Virus record (IMG/VR): IMGVR_UViG_3300020388_000011
Coordinates: 32,001 to 96,000 of that record
Length of the DNA stretch: 64,000 nucleotides
From: a virus
Taxonomy: Duplodnaviria; Caudoviricetes
Strand: one strand, 5' to 3'
Shown piece by piece: positions 22,351-31,101 of the stretch (its first letter is position 1; each line of letters begins with the position of its first letter). A program made the translations under genes and the position numbers. Below the pieces are notes generated by a model that was not told the DNA's origin, made no database searches, and saw only the letters and a list, made by a program, of their open reading frames with translations.

Positions 22351-22456
22351 ACGTTCATCACACAGAAGGCTGTGTGACGCAAGTAGGATGACGCGGAACG
22401 GATTATCGTTCATCTTCTGCGAGAGTGGGAGACGCAAACGCCACCCGAAGGAACGG
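22351..22456 (+). ncRNA. Double glnA/glutamine-riboswitch-like RNA leader
   Basis: Two CGTTCA-hairpin-CGCAA units and two GGAACG strands, with AGTA/GAAG E-loop halves. It follows the extended -10 TGCTATACT (22336-22344) and precedes a YRG-motif peptide. Confidence 0.7.
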
Positions 22457-22491
22457 GGTTTTTATTAACCTTATTTCTTAGGAGCAAACAA

Positions 22492-22626
22492 ATGCTAGCA
22501 GTATACCGTGGTGTCGCTTATGACACCGACCGTAACTTAACGAAAGAATCAGATTACAAAAAAGTAACTGAAACTTATCGTGGTATTGAGCACACCGAAA
22601 CCGTTAAGGTAGAGGTAGCAAAATGA
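22492..22626 (+). CDS. DUF4278-like peptide (44 aa; two YRG motifs), not in the ORF track
   Basis: MLAVYRGVAYDTD...TYRGIEH..., with an AGGAG RBS at 22480-22484. Confidence 0.75.
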   Translation: MLAVYRGVAYDTDRNLTKESDYKKVTETYRGIEHTETVKVEVAK

Positions 22627-22727
22627 ATACCCTAGACATCATCCGTCAAAAAGAGCTAAAAGCAAGAAAGCTTCACGAAGCTCGGTTGCTTATGGCAAGA
22701 CTAAACAACAAAGCGAATATCGCTTGA
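22623..22727 (+). CDS. Small basic helical peptide (34 aa, MNTLDIIRQKELKARKLHEARLLMARL...), not in the ORF track
   Basis: ATGA overlap with the previous ORF implies translational coupling. Followed directly by a terminator. Confidence 0.6.
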   Translation: MNTLDIIRQKELKARKLHEARLLMARLNNKANIA

Positions 22728-22731
22728 TTTT

Positions 22732-22755
22732 GGGAGCCGCAAGGCTCCTTTTTTT
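22732..22755 (+). terminator. Intrinsic terminator
   Basis: GGAGCC-GCAA-GGCTCC hairpin (GNRA loop) followed by T7. Confidence 0.85.
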
Positions 22756-22756
22756 A

Positions 22757-22765
22757 TGCTATAAT
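22757..22765 (+). promoter_or_regulatory. Extended -10 promoter TGnTATAAT (representative of a recurrent family)
   Basis: The same element occurs at 21109, 24843, 46581, 58126, 58984 and 62675. TTTTATGCTATAATATCCTT is identical at 22752 and 58121. Confidence 0.7.
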
Positions 22766-22785
22766 ATCCTTGAATACATAATACT

Positions 22786-22977
22786 ATGGACCGAGAAAAG
22801 GTAAAGTTTCTGATACAATCTATTGAAGTTCTCATTGACGAACTTAAAGCAGAGGTTTACACCGACTCTGAGACCCATAAGGTTTCTGAGACTGCTTATA
22901 GCGACGAGGAGGAAGCAATTTCCACCGATAATCTAATCCAAACAATGTTCACCCAAGTGATTGACGATACACTATGA
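22786..22977 (+). CDS. Conserved cyanophage hypothetical protein
   Basis: MDREKVK.LI...E.L..ELKAEVY.D pattern. Overlaps the thyX start (ATGA). Confidence 0.65.
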   Translation: MDREKVKFLIQSIEVLIDELKAEVYTDSETHKVSETAYSDEEEAISTDNLIQTMFTQVIDDTL

Positions 22978-23726
22978 AACCAGTAAAAGCCGCAGACCTA
23001 CTTCGCCTTGATCCATATCAGAAGGTAGAGATGATCAGGTGTACGCCTAATCCACAACAACTTGTGTATATGGGTGGTAAAAATGATTACAGTGAACTTC
23101 CCATTGAAGACACCAATATCCCTCATGAGAAGGATGCTGGTGAGTGGGTAATCAATCAGCTTTTAGCAAACGAACGCGGTCATTGGGGACCACTAGAGCA
23201 CCCAGCAATCTCATTCAGTTGTTCTGGTTTCGTTCACAACGTAATCGTACAGGCACGTACTCACCGTGTCGGAGTGAGCTTTGACGTTCAGTCACAACGC
23301 TACACCTGCAAGCGCGTCCTTAAAGTAGCAGATGGTGAACTATTACCACAGAAGGTCTTCTATGTGCGTCCTCCTGGCTTCTACACCAACCGTAAAGGTA
23401 AGAAGTATGAATGGACCCCTGATGACTATGAGACCCAGCTAGGGCTCTGTCAGGCTGCCTCACAGCGCTTTGCTATACAGTTTGAGAATGGTGTATCAGA
23501 AGAGCATTCTAGGGACTACCTTCCCCAGAACATTCGTCAGAACTTCGTGGTTACATTCAGTCTCCGCGCATTACTTCACTTCCTTGATCTACGAGCCAAG
23601 CTTGACGCACAGCTAGAAATCCAGGCACTATGTGAAGCAATGGTTAAGCCAACAAAGGTATGGGTTCCCCAGATCTTTGAGTATTATGAAGAGAAGCGTC
23701 TCCACAGAGCGCGTCTTGCCCCCTAA
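22974..23726 (+). CDS. thyX: Flavin-dependent thymidylate synthase
   Basis: GHWGPLEH, Q.RTHR..SFDVQSQRY (RHRx7S-type motif), E..R..LP and R....AQ.EI. Confidence 0.92.
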   Translation: MKPVKAADLLRLDPYQKVEMIRCTPNPQQLVYMGGKNDYSELPIEDTNIPHEKDAGEWVINQLLANERGHWGPLEHPAISFSCSGFVHNVIVQARTHRVGVSFDVQSQRYTCKRVLKVADGELLPQKVFYVRPPGFYTNRKGKKYEWTPDDYETQLGLCQAASQRFAIQFENGVSEEHSRDYLPQNIRQNFVVTFSLRALLHFLDLRAKLDAQLEIQALCEAMVKPTKVWVPQIFEYYEEKRLHRARLAP

Positions 23727-23755
23727 ATAACATTAAGACATGGAGTTTAAAATCT

Positions 23756-24001
23756 ATGGCGACATATCATGTAGTCCAAAAAGAGACTAAAGAAACCCAA
23801 GTAATTGAGTGTAGCGTACACGAAATTATGGATTGGTACGCGGAAAACCCCTTATGGGAACGCGATTGGTCTTATGGATGCGCAACTACCACATCGGAAG
23901 TTGGTGAATGGAAAGAGAAACTAGTTAACAGGAATCCAGGATGGAACGATGTTCTTGATCTGGCTTCTCGTGCTCCGGGGTCAAGGGTCAAAAAGATCTA
24001 G
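23756..24001 (+). CDS. Conserved cyanophage hypothetical protein
   Basis: MATY.V...ET.E and PGWNDVL...PGS motifs; lies between thyX and phoH. Confidence 0.65.
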   Translation: MATYHVVQKETKETQVIECSVHEIMDWYAENPLWERDWSYGCATTTSEVGEWKEKLVNRNPGWNDVLDLASRAPGSRVKKI

Positions 24002-24049
24002 GTGCCCCTTTTTTGTGCCTTTTTCAATGTTGTTACCTTTATTAAAAAA

Positions 24050-24838
24050 ATGCCTACAAGAAAGAATCGTAAGTCTGCTAACCCCATTGGGGTCGGTCTC
24101 ACCGCAAAGCAGATGAAGAGAAGAAAGCCTATTGATCAGAGCCTTTTAGCTAAAATTGATGCCATCACAGAAAATCAACAAATACTGTTTGATGAGTATG
24201 ATAAAGGACAGAACATTGTAGCTTATGGGTGCGCTGGAACAGGAAAAACTTTCGTTACTCTTTATAAAGCACTACAGGAAGTTCTAGATGAAAAAACTCC
24301 ATATGAAAAAGTTTATCTTGTCAGATCTTTGGTAGCAACTAGGGAAATTGGTTTCCTACCAGGAGACCACGATGATAAATCAGCACTATATCAAATTCCA
24401 TATAAGAATATGGTCAAATATATGTTTGATTTAGATCTACAGACTATTAATTCTACAGGTCAAACATCTCCATTCGAGATGCTTTATGGAAATTTGATGG
24501 CTCAAGAGACATTAAAGTTCTGGTCTACTTCATTCTTACGTGGAACTACACTTGATGGAGCAATAATCATTGTAGATGAGTTCCAAAACTTAAACGCACA
24601 CGAATTAGATTCTATTATGACTCGTGTTGGTGAAGATTCTAAAATTCATTTCTGTGGAGATGCTACGCAATCTGACCTAACAAAAGCTTCAGAACGCAGT
24701 GGTATTATGGACTTTATGTCTATCCTAGAGCGTATGCCTTCTGTTAGTAAGATTGAGTTTGGTTTAGATGATATTGTTCGTTCTGGTCTATGTAAGGAAT
24801 ATTTGGTAGCCAAACACGAATCTGGCATAGAAATATAA
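24050..24838 (+). CDS. phoH: PhoH-family ATPase
   Basis: G.AGTGKT Walker A, IGFLPG, FLRGTTL, IVDEFQN, GDATQSDL and DIVRSGL. Start ATG 24050. Confidence 0.95.
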   Translation: MPTRKNRKSANPIGVGLTAKQMKRRKPIDQSLLAKIDAITENQQILFDEYDKGQNIVAYGCAGTGKTFVTLYKALQEVLDEKTPYEKVYLVRSLVATREIGFLPGDHDDKSALYQIPYKNMVKYMFDLDLQTINSTGQTSPFEMLYGNLMAQETLKFWSTSFLRGTTLDGAIIIVDEFQNLNAHELDSIMTRVGEDSKIHFCGDATQSDLTKASERSGIMDFMSILERMPSVSKIEFGLDDIVRSGLCKEYLVAKHESGIEI

Positions 24839-24873
24839 TTTATGCTATAATAAGAGTATCTTATTATTGTTAG

Positions 24874-25554
24874 ATGCCTTTTACTCATAATCCAGTTGAG
24901 ATACCAAGCTTAACTAGAGAAACCATTGATGGAGTCAGATATTATACTGCTCCTAATTATGATGGTGAACTAGTTAAGCTTATTTCTATTACCTCTATTA
25001 CTTCTCATTGGAGTAGAGAAGGTATCATGAAGTGGAGAGCCCGTGTTGGTGATGAAGAAGCCAATCGTGTATCTAAACGAGCGACCACTAGGGGTACGGA
25101 TATGCACCTCTTAGCGGAACATTACTTACAGAATGAACCGTTGCCCAAAGCGAAGGTTCCTATATCACAGATCTTATTTAATACTGCAAAGCCAGCCCTT
25201 AATAAGATCGATAATATTATTGTCCAAGAACGAGCAATGTATAGCTTGCGTCTTGGCATTGCAGGAACACCTGATTGTGTCGGTGATTATGATGGAGAAC
25301 TTTCCATTATTGACTTTAAGACTTCTAAGTCTCCCAAGCCATTAAAGTGGGTTGAAGGATACTTTGTTCAAGCATCTGCGTATGCGTGTATGCTATATGA
25401 ACTAACAGGAGTCAAAGCTAAAAAACTTGTTATTATTATGGCTTGTGAAGATGGTGAGCTTAAAGTATATGAGGAAAAGGATGTATACAAGTGGGTTAAG
25501 AAACTTGATACATACATTCGCAAATTTGTAAACGACAAACTGGAAGTCTTATGA
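24874..25554 (+). CDS. PD-(D/E)XK exonuclease (Cas4/exonuclease-A-like)
   Basis: SITSI, RGT.MH, AGTPDC..IIDFKTS and Y.VQ..AYA motifs. Confidence 0.85.
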   Translation: MPFTHNPVEIPSLTRETIDGVRYYTAPNYDGELVKLISITSITSHWSREGIMKWRARVGDEEANRVSKRATTRGTDMHLLAEHYLQNEPLPKAKVPISQILFNTAKPALNKIDNIIVQERAMYSLRLGIAGTPDCVGDYDGELSIIDFKTSKSPKPLKWVEGYFVQASAYACMLYELTGVKAKKLVIIMACEDGELKVYEEKDVYKWVKKLDTYIRKFVNDKLEVL

Positions 25555-25817
25555 GTATCAAAAATGAATTAGAAGAAGCCTTACAGCAAAAATTTCTAAC
25601 ACCGATTAAATTTTCTTATATTATTGAAAAAATTGTTCTGAATGAAAAAATAAATTACATAGAGGCAATTATTCACTATTGCGAAAAGGAGAATCTTGAG
25701 GTAGAATCAGTATCCAAGCTTATGACAAAGCCACTAAAAGAGAAACTTAAAGTTGATGCAACCAATTTAAACTTTATGAAAAATGTTGGTGCTAGCAAAG
25801 CTAAACTACCCATATAA
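25551..25817 (+). CDS. gp33: Late-transcription coactivator
   Basis: F...IE.IV....INYIEAI..YCE...LE.E.V.KL..KPLKEKLK.DA..LN motif, and synteny with gp59/gp32. Confidence 0.85.
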   Translation: MSIKNELEEALQQKFLTPIKFSYIIEKIVLNEKINYIEAIIHYCEKENLEVESVSKLMTKPLKEKLKVDATNLNFMKNVGASKAKLPI

Positions 25818-25852
25818 CCTACAGAATGAATAGCAGACTACGCCGAGGAATT

Positions 25853-26443
25853 ATGTCACCGTATGACGTCTACACAACATACCTTGCAATGAAAAAGCAT
25901 TTTACAGATGCTAAATTTGATTTCTTTAGATACAACGGCAAGACAAGAGCCTCGGTAACTGCTTTCAATAAAAGAAGAGACAAATACTTCTTTGAACGTA
26001 TGAGTCGCAAACTATCAGACGATGAAGTCAAAATGTACTTCATCGCAAACTTTGTAGCCACCGAGAATCCTTCTGCGGTCTGGGTTGGTGAAATTATGCA
26101 GAGTGGTGAACGAAACTACACCGCACTAAGTAAGAAGTATCAAAGTCTTACATATACATTCAGTCAAGAGTGCTCTACATTATTTGACGAATACACATTA
26201 CCTCAACTATTTGATATAAGCAAGGGGCACCCACCAATACTAAAAAGATATTTGGGCGGAGACATATCAATCGAAACTTTAACAATACTGGATATAATTT
26301 TTGGTTTTTGTGCTAAAATAGACACAAAGTTAACTGATCCTGTTTGGGAAACTGTGAGCTTTAAAGTGAAAAAGTATCGTCCGTTTATTAACATTGACAT
26401 TACTAAATGCAAAATTATTTTGAGAAACCTTATCAATGCCTGA
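25853..26443 (+). CDS. gp59: Helicase loader
   Basis: Y..YLAMK.HF...DFF.Y.GK...F.KR.DKYFF and ISIETL motifs. ATG 25853 preferred. Confidence 0.88.
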   Translation: MSPYDVYTTYLAMKKHFTDAKFDFFRYNGKTRASVTAFNKRRDKYFFERMSRKLSDDEVKMYFIANFVATENPSAVWVGEIMQSGERNYTALSKKYQSLTYTFSQECSTLFDEYTLPQLFDISKGHPPILKRYLGGDISIETLTILDIIFGFCAKIDTKLTDPVWETVSFKVKKYRPFINIDITKCKIILRNLINA

Positions 26444-26843
26444 AGACAATTTTTTTGAATCGGAAATAGTAGCGGATTCTATTAGGGAGATACTTAAGTT
26501 GCAAGACTCCGTATTGGTTTTTGCTCAGTATAGTAATGGTGCTACTATCCAAGAGCAGCAAAATAATCTTGACATTCTCCGTAAGCTAATGTCTAAACAG
26601 AGAAATATGTGCTTTCGTTGTCAATTAACAGATTCTCCAGACGCTAAAGCTTTATTGAATGAAATATTAAAACATTTTGAGGAGTATGGTCATACTGTTG
26701 ATAAAGAGAACCCAATGGGAGTGTTTGATGAAATTGCCTCTAATCTAGATGAAATTGAATTTGAACTAGATTATTTTAGTAAGTATGGGCGATATCCAGA
26801 TGATGAAGAGCCTGGTGGAGAAACACCGCCCACTATGTTCTAA
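26436..26843 (+). CDS. Cyanobacterial DUF1825-like protein
   Basis: FFESEIV...I..LQ...L..KQ.....R..L.D.P.AK pattern, in its usual position before gp32. Confidence 0.55.
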   Translation: MPEDNFFESEIVADSIREILKLQDSVLVFAQYSNGATIQEQQNNLDILRKLMSKQRNMCFRCQLTDSPDAKALLNEILKHFEEYGHTVDKENPMGVFDEIASNLDEIEFELDYFSKYGRYPDDEEPGGETPPTMF

Positions 26844-26865
26844 TCAACAAAGTGTCTAAATGGGC

Positions 26866-26894
26866 TTGGCATCCCACCTATTATGCTCTATAAT
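26866..26894 (+). promoter_or_regulatory. sigma70-type promoter for gp32, with an upstream AAAGTGTC box
   Basis: TTGGCA-N17-TATAAT, with AAAGTGTC at 26849-26856. Confidence 0.65.
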
Positions 26895-26935
26895 AAACAA
26901 GTTCAGCCAGTTATCCAATCAATCCGAACAAATCT

Positions 26936-27877
26936 ATGTCATTCAAAGATCTCAAGAAGCAATCATCTCTCGGCGCACTTACTCAGAAGCTCGTCAAGGA
27001 AGTAGAGAAGATGAATACAGCTGGCTCAAGCGGTGATGACCGCTACTGGAAGCTAGAATGTGATAAAGCCCAAAACGGTTATGCTGTGATCCGTTTCCTT
27101 CCACAGCCCGAAGGTGAAGATATGCCTTTCGTCAAGATGTACTCCCACGCCTTCCAAGGTAAAGGTGGCTGGTACATTGAGAACAGCTTGACTACACTAG
27201 GTCAGAAAGACCCATTGTCTGAGTTCAACTCTGAGCTTTGGAACAACGGTACTGATGCTGGTAAAGAGCAAGCACGTAAGCAAAAGCGTAAGCTCACATA
27301 TATTGCTAACATTATGGTCGTCAAAGACCCAGCAAACCCCCAGAACGAAGGTGGAGTATTCCTCTACAAGTTTGGTAAGAAAATCTTTGATAAGCTTATG
27401 TCTGCTATGCAGCCTGAGTTTGAAGATGAAGAAGCAATCAACCCATTTGACTTCTGGGAAGGCGCTAACTTCAAGCTCAAGGCTAAGAACGTTGCTGGTT
27501 ACCGCAACTATGACTCCTCTGAGTTTGCTAAGGTAGAGCCCCTCCTAGGAGGCGATGATGAAGCACTTGAAGGACTATACAATAAGTTGAACTCACTATC
27601 TGAGCTTGTTGCTCCAGATCAGTTCAAAGAGTATGAAGTTCTTAAGAAGCGTCTTAATCAAGTCCTAGGCTTAGGTGCTCCTAGCAGCCGTCCAGCTCCA
27701 CAAGAGGATTCTGGTGACGAAGACATTGAAGAGCAGTTAAGGTCCGCTAGACCTGCCTTTAAGAAGGAAGTAGCTGCTTATTCCGAACCCGAGCTACCAT
27801 CAACAGCAACGCCAGAGCCTGCCTCTAGCGAAGACGATGATGCCCTTAGCTGGTTCCAAAGCCTAGGGGAAGAGTGA
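26936..27877 (+). CDS. gp32: Single-stranded DNA-binding protein
   Basis: DDRYWK, NGYAVIRFLP, WYIENSLTTLGQKDP, KFGKKIFDK and NYD.SEF motifs, plus an acidic tail. Confidence 0.96.
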   Translation: MSFKDLKKQSSLGALTQKLVKEVEKMNTAGSSGDDRYWKLECDKAQNGYAVIRFLPQPEGEDMPFVKMYSHAFQGKGGWYIENSLTTLGQKDPLSEFNSELWNNGTDAGKEQARKQKRKLTYIANIMVVKDPANPQNEGGVFLYKFGKKIFDKLMSAMQPEFEDEEAINPFDFWEGANFKLKAKNVAGYRNYDSSEFAKVEPLLGGDDEALEGLYNKLNSLSELVAPDQFKEYEVLKKRLNQVLGLGAPSSRPAPQEDSGDEDIEEQLRSARPAFKKEVAAYSEPELPSTATPEPASSEDDDALSWFQSLGEE

Positions 27878-28309
27878 TTACACTCCGAGTTCTTTCTCGG
27901 TCATAATTTTAAATTCCCAACCTTGATCTAAACAGAATTCTCTAGCAGCATTCCATTTAGCCTGGTTCTGAGAATACATAGCCTCTGCAATAAGAACGTT
28001 CTTTGTACGACGTTTGTATTGTGGGGGCTTTGTTTCTCTTAGGGGTTTTACTTCAATCAGTATCTTTTTTAAGTTGCCTTGTTTGTCTATGGATTCAATG
28101 TAGAAGTCTGGATAATACCTGGCACGTCTTTTCTTTACTGGATTATAATATGGTATATTAATTTCCTCTGATGCCCAACGCTTTATAGCCTCTTTGGTGT
28201 CACAATATACGCAAAACTTTCTTTCCCATAGGGATCTATATATAATTTGATTTGGATTGCCAATATACTTTTTTGGGTTTTGTGGTTTATAGATTCCTTT
28301 ATAGGACAT
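27878..28309 (-). CDS. gp4: Head completion nuclease
   Basis: YKG.YKP.NP.KY.G....IYRSLWE, W.SEE..IPY, RYYPDF, IEVKP and NQAKW.AA motifs. Start ATG at 28309. TAAATA on the minus strand near 28333. Confidence 0.9.
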   Translation of the reverse strand: MSYKGIYKPQNPKKYIGNPNQIIYRSLWERKFCVYCDTKEAIKRWASEEINIPYYNPVKKRRARYYPDFYIESIDKQGNLKKILIEVKPLRETKPPQYKRRTKNVLIAEAMYSQNQAKWNAAREFCLDQGWEFKIMTEKELGV

Positions 28310-28340
28310 AAATAGAGTAGGTAGTTTATCAGTATTTAGC

Positions 28341-29102
28341 GTGCCTAGACAGCTAAACATAGAAGATGTCAAACCCCTGATAGGTAATTTGTCAAGATCA
28401 AATTACTATCAAGTACAGTTTGGTGGGTTATCCCCAAGACTCAGGGGATATCTTGGGTCTCGTGGAGTAGATAGTGCATTTATATCCGAAGATTCTGGTT
28501 TGTTGTGCTACAGCGCTCAACTTCCTGGTTCATCTTTGGCAGGAACTGAGTCTACTAATTTTACGGGAATTACAGAGACAATGGCGCATAGAAGGGTATT
28601 TACATCCCTTTCATTGGAATTTTATTGTGACAGTAACTACAGGTCTTTAAAATTTTTAGAGCACTGGATGGAATATGTTGCTAGTGGAAACGGATTCCTA
28701 GACTATGCTGATAGAAACTATACATATAGGATGAATTATCCAAATGATCCTGTCAGTGGATACAAATGTGATTCCACAAAAATCTATAAGTTTGAATCTG
28801 ATGTTCAAAGAGTGATGGAATATTCATTCCTTGGGCTATTTCCAATCAATCTATCATCAACTCCAGTTAGGTATGGTCCTACCAGTGAGCTAACCAGAGT
28901 TACTTGTGAGTTTAGATATGATAGATATATTGCAGGCTCTATCCTATCATATGATACGGTTAGAGGATTTGGAAATAATTTAGAATCAGGTCTGACTAAT
29001 GCATTCTCTGATTTAAATTTCAATGGATTTGGCAACACACTTAACACAATTAACCGAATAGCTGGACCTGTTTCAGATATTTTAAACTTATTCACCAACT
29101 AA
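28341..29102 (+). CDS. Tail tube initiator/tube-like protein (T4 gp54/gp19 family)
   Basis: LSRSNYY.V, LC.SA.LPG and Y.F.GLFP..LSS.PV.Y tube-fold motifs. ATAAATA at 28308-28314. Confidence 0.7.
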   Translation: MPRQLNIEDVKPLIGNLSRSNYYQVQFGGLSPRLRGYLGSRGVDSAFISEDSGLLCYSAQLPGSSLAGTESTNFTGITETMAHRRVFTSLSLEFYCDSNYRSLKFLEHWMEYVASGNGFLDYADRNYTYRMNYPNDPVSGYKCDSTKIYKFESDVQRVMEYSFLGLFPINLSSTPVRYGPTSELTRVTCEFRYDRYIAGSILSYDTVRGFGNNLESGLTNAFSDLNFNGFGNTLNTINRIAGPVSDILNLFTN

Positions 29103-29123
29103 ATATAAAAAAGCTGAAGAACT

Positions 29124-30047
29124 ATGGCATTAAGTAAAACACTTCAGTATCCCACCAATATTGCTTCGGGCAATAATGATTATTTTATGGTGGGTGTTTT
29201 TAATTATGAACCACCTAATAGTGGGGAGCAGAATAATGGGAGAAGGACTCTTTCCCAAATTTTTGCTGGTGGAGGAAGTAAAGGTACTAGAAATTTAAAA
29301 AAATCATTATCAAATATTATTTTGCCAATGCCTGATAATATTTCAGACTCAAATGCTGTTACTTGGGATACTGATACTTTAAATTCCCTTCAACTTGCAG
29401 GTGTAAAAGCTTTAGATGATATTTTAACTAGCGTAAAAAAGAATAACGCAGATAAGAAGCGGCAACTAACAGGTGCGGTTGATACGTTCATTAATGGTGC
29501 TGGGGCAGCAGCTCTAGATCCTGCAGTACGTGAAGCTGTTAAAAAGGCATTAATTGGTGAGGCAGTTAATATTTTTGGTGGTAATATTGATTCACAGTCT
29601 TTGGTTAGTAGGACTACTGGGCAGGTATTAAATCCAAACCTAGAGCTCTTATTTAAAGGTGTTATCTTGAGAGAATTTAATTATTCATTTACTCTGACAC
29701 CAAGAGACGCTAGCGAATCGAATGAGATTCGGCAAATTATTTCTACCTTAAAACAGTCTATGGCTGCCAAAAGTACTGCTTCTAGTGGGGGTGGTAGAGG
29801 TATATTTATCAAAGCACCAGATGTTTTTCAGCCTGTTTTTATGCAAGGTCCTAGAGCACATCCGTTTTTATATTCTATAAAACAGTCTGCTCTAGTTGGG
29901 ATGAATGTTAATTATGTTGGAACGGGATCATATGCTACTTATAGTGATGGCACACCAGTAAAAATGCAAATGCAACTAAGATTTAGAGAGTTGAGTCCTG
30001 TATATAATGAAGATTATAGATCTATTGATAGTGGAGTTGGATTCTAA
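29124..30047 (+). CDS. gp48: Baseplate tail-tube cap
   Basis: ILPMP..ISDSN.V.W, NPNLELLFKG..LR.F.YSF.L.PR...E and DGTPV...L.F.EL motifs. Confidence 0.85.
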   Translation: MALSKTLQYPTNIASGNNDYFMVGVFNYEPPNSGEQNNGRRTLSQIFAGGGSKGTRNLKKSLSNIILPMPDNISDSNAVTWDTDTLNSLQLAGVKALDDILTSVKKNNADKKRQLTGAVDTFINGAGAAALDPAVREAVKKALIGEAVNIFGGNIDSQSLVSRTTGQVLNPNLELLFKGVILREFNYSFTLTPRDASESNEIRQIISTLKQSMAAKSTASSGGGRGIFIKAPDVFQPVFMQGPRAHPFLYSIKQSALVGMNVNYVGTGSYATYSDGTPVKMQMQLRFRELSPVYNEDYRSIDSGVGF

Positions 30048-30694
30048 TGTCATATTTTAGACAGTTACCAAATATTGAGTATCAAAACTTTTTAACTTCT
30101 AGTACTGGATCGCAGGATTACTTATTACTGAAAAATATTTTTCTCAGGGGTAAGTTAAGAGACGACCTGCAGAGTAATTTTACTGTTTTTCAGAAATATA
30201 ATATTCGTGGAGATGAGAGACCAGATCAAATAGCATATAATGTATATGGGGCTTCTGAATATGACTGGGTTGTTTTAGTGACAGCCAATATCATAAATTA
30301 TCAAAACGATTATCCTATTACCGTTCAGCAACTCTATGATTATGTTATTGATAAGTACGGTACTGCCGCAAATAATATTAATCACTATGTGAGTACAGAG
30401 GTTAGGGATAGTAGTGGGAGATTGATTTACCCTGCGGGAGTTGTTGTTGCTCCTAATTTTACAATACAAAATCCAGACAATCCCTTTCAAACAATTTCAC
30501 CTATAGTGGGTATTACAAATTTTGAGTATGAAACTAATAAAAACGATAAGAAGCGAGAAATTTTTATATTAAGACCATCTTACTTAAATCAATTCCTCAA
30601 CGATATGCGAGACATTTCCAAGTATGGATTTAACTCCGAATATGTAAATGCAGATACCATTAGGGCAGCCAATACTAAAAATACGAGTCCCTGA
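30047..30694 (+). CDS. gp53: Baseplate wedge subunit (LysM-like)
   Basis: SYFRQLP, ERPDQIA..VYG....DWVVL..ANI and NFEYE...ND.KR.I.IL.P motifs. Confidence 0.88.
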   Translation: MSYFRQLPNIEYQNFLTSSTGSQDYLLLKNIFLRGKLRDDLQSNFTVFQKYNIRGDERPDQIAYNVYGASEYDWVVLVTANIINYQNDYPITVQQLYDYVIDKYGTAANNINHYVSTEVRDSSGRLIYPAGVVVAPNFTIQNPDNPFQTISPIVGITNFEYETNKNDKKREIFILRPSYLNQFLNDMRDISKYGFNSEYVNADTIRAANTKNTSP

Positions 30695-31065
30695 TGGCTA
30701 AAAAGAAGAAAAAATCTCCTGATAGGATTCGCCCATTATTGGATGAAATAGATGGTACGGAATATGCTGAAGATATAATGGATGATTTAATTCCATTATT
30801 GAGTGATACTCAAACAAATATGCCTATACCAGGAAAAGTATATGTATATGTTTATTTTGCCTTTACTCCGAACATATTAAGTGATAGGTACCCAATCGTT
30901 CAAATTACGGGGGTTTATGATTGGGGTTGGTCAGGTGTAAATCTTCATATAGGAAAACCGAGGAATTATAATTTTAACGGTAATACAACTCCATTCTATA
31001 TGCTTAAGCCAATGGAAGTTCAATCTGCTTTAGCTCTACCTTTGATGAGATTATATCAAAATTAA
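30694..31065 (+). CDS. Short T4 gp2 (DNA end protector)-like protein
   Basis: PGKVY.YVY...TP....D.YPIV.....WG..GVNLH resembles the gp2 core. Confidence 0.5.
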   Translation: MAKKKKKSPDRIRPLLDEIDGTEYAEDIMDDLIPLLSDTQTNMPIPGKVYVYVYFAFTPNILSDRYPIVQITGVYDWGWSGVNLHIGKPRNYNFNGNTTPFYMLKPMEVQSALALPLMRLYQN

Positions 31066-31101
31066 CCTCCTAAATAACTATAGCATTCCTTTTACTATAT
31101 T

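Noticed and set aside
24874-25554. Cas4-like nuclease as part of a CRISPR system
   Set aside because: No repeat-spacer array or other cas genes are present; this is the core phage exonuclease in its usual position.
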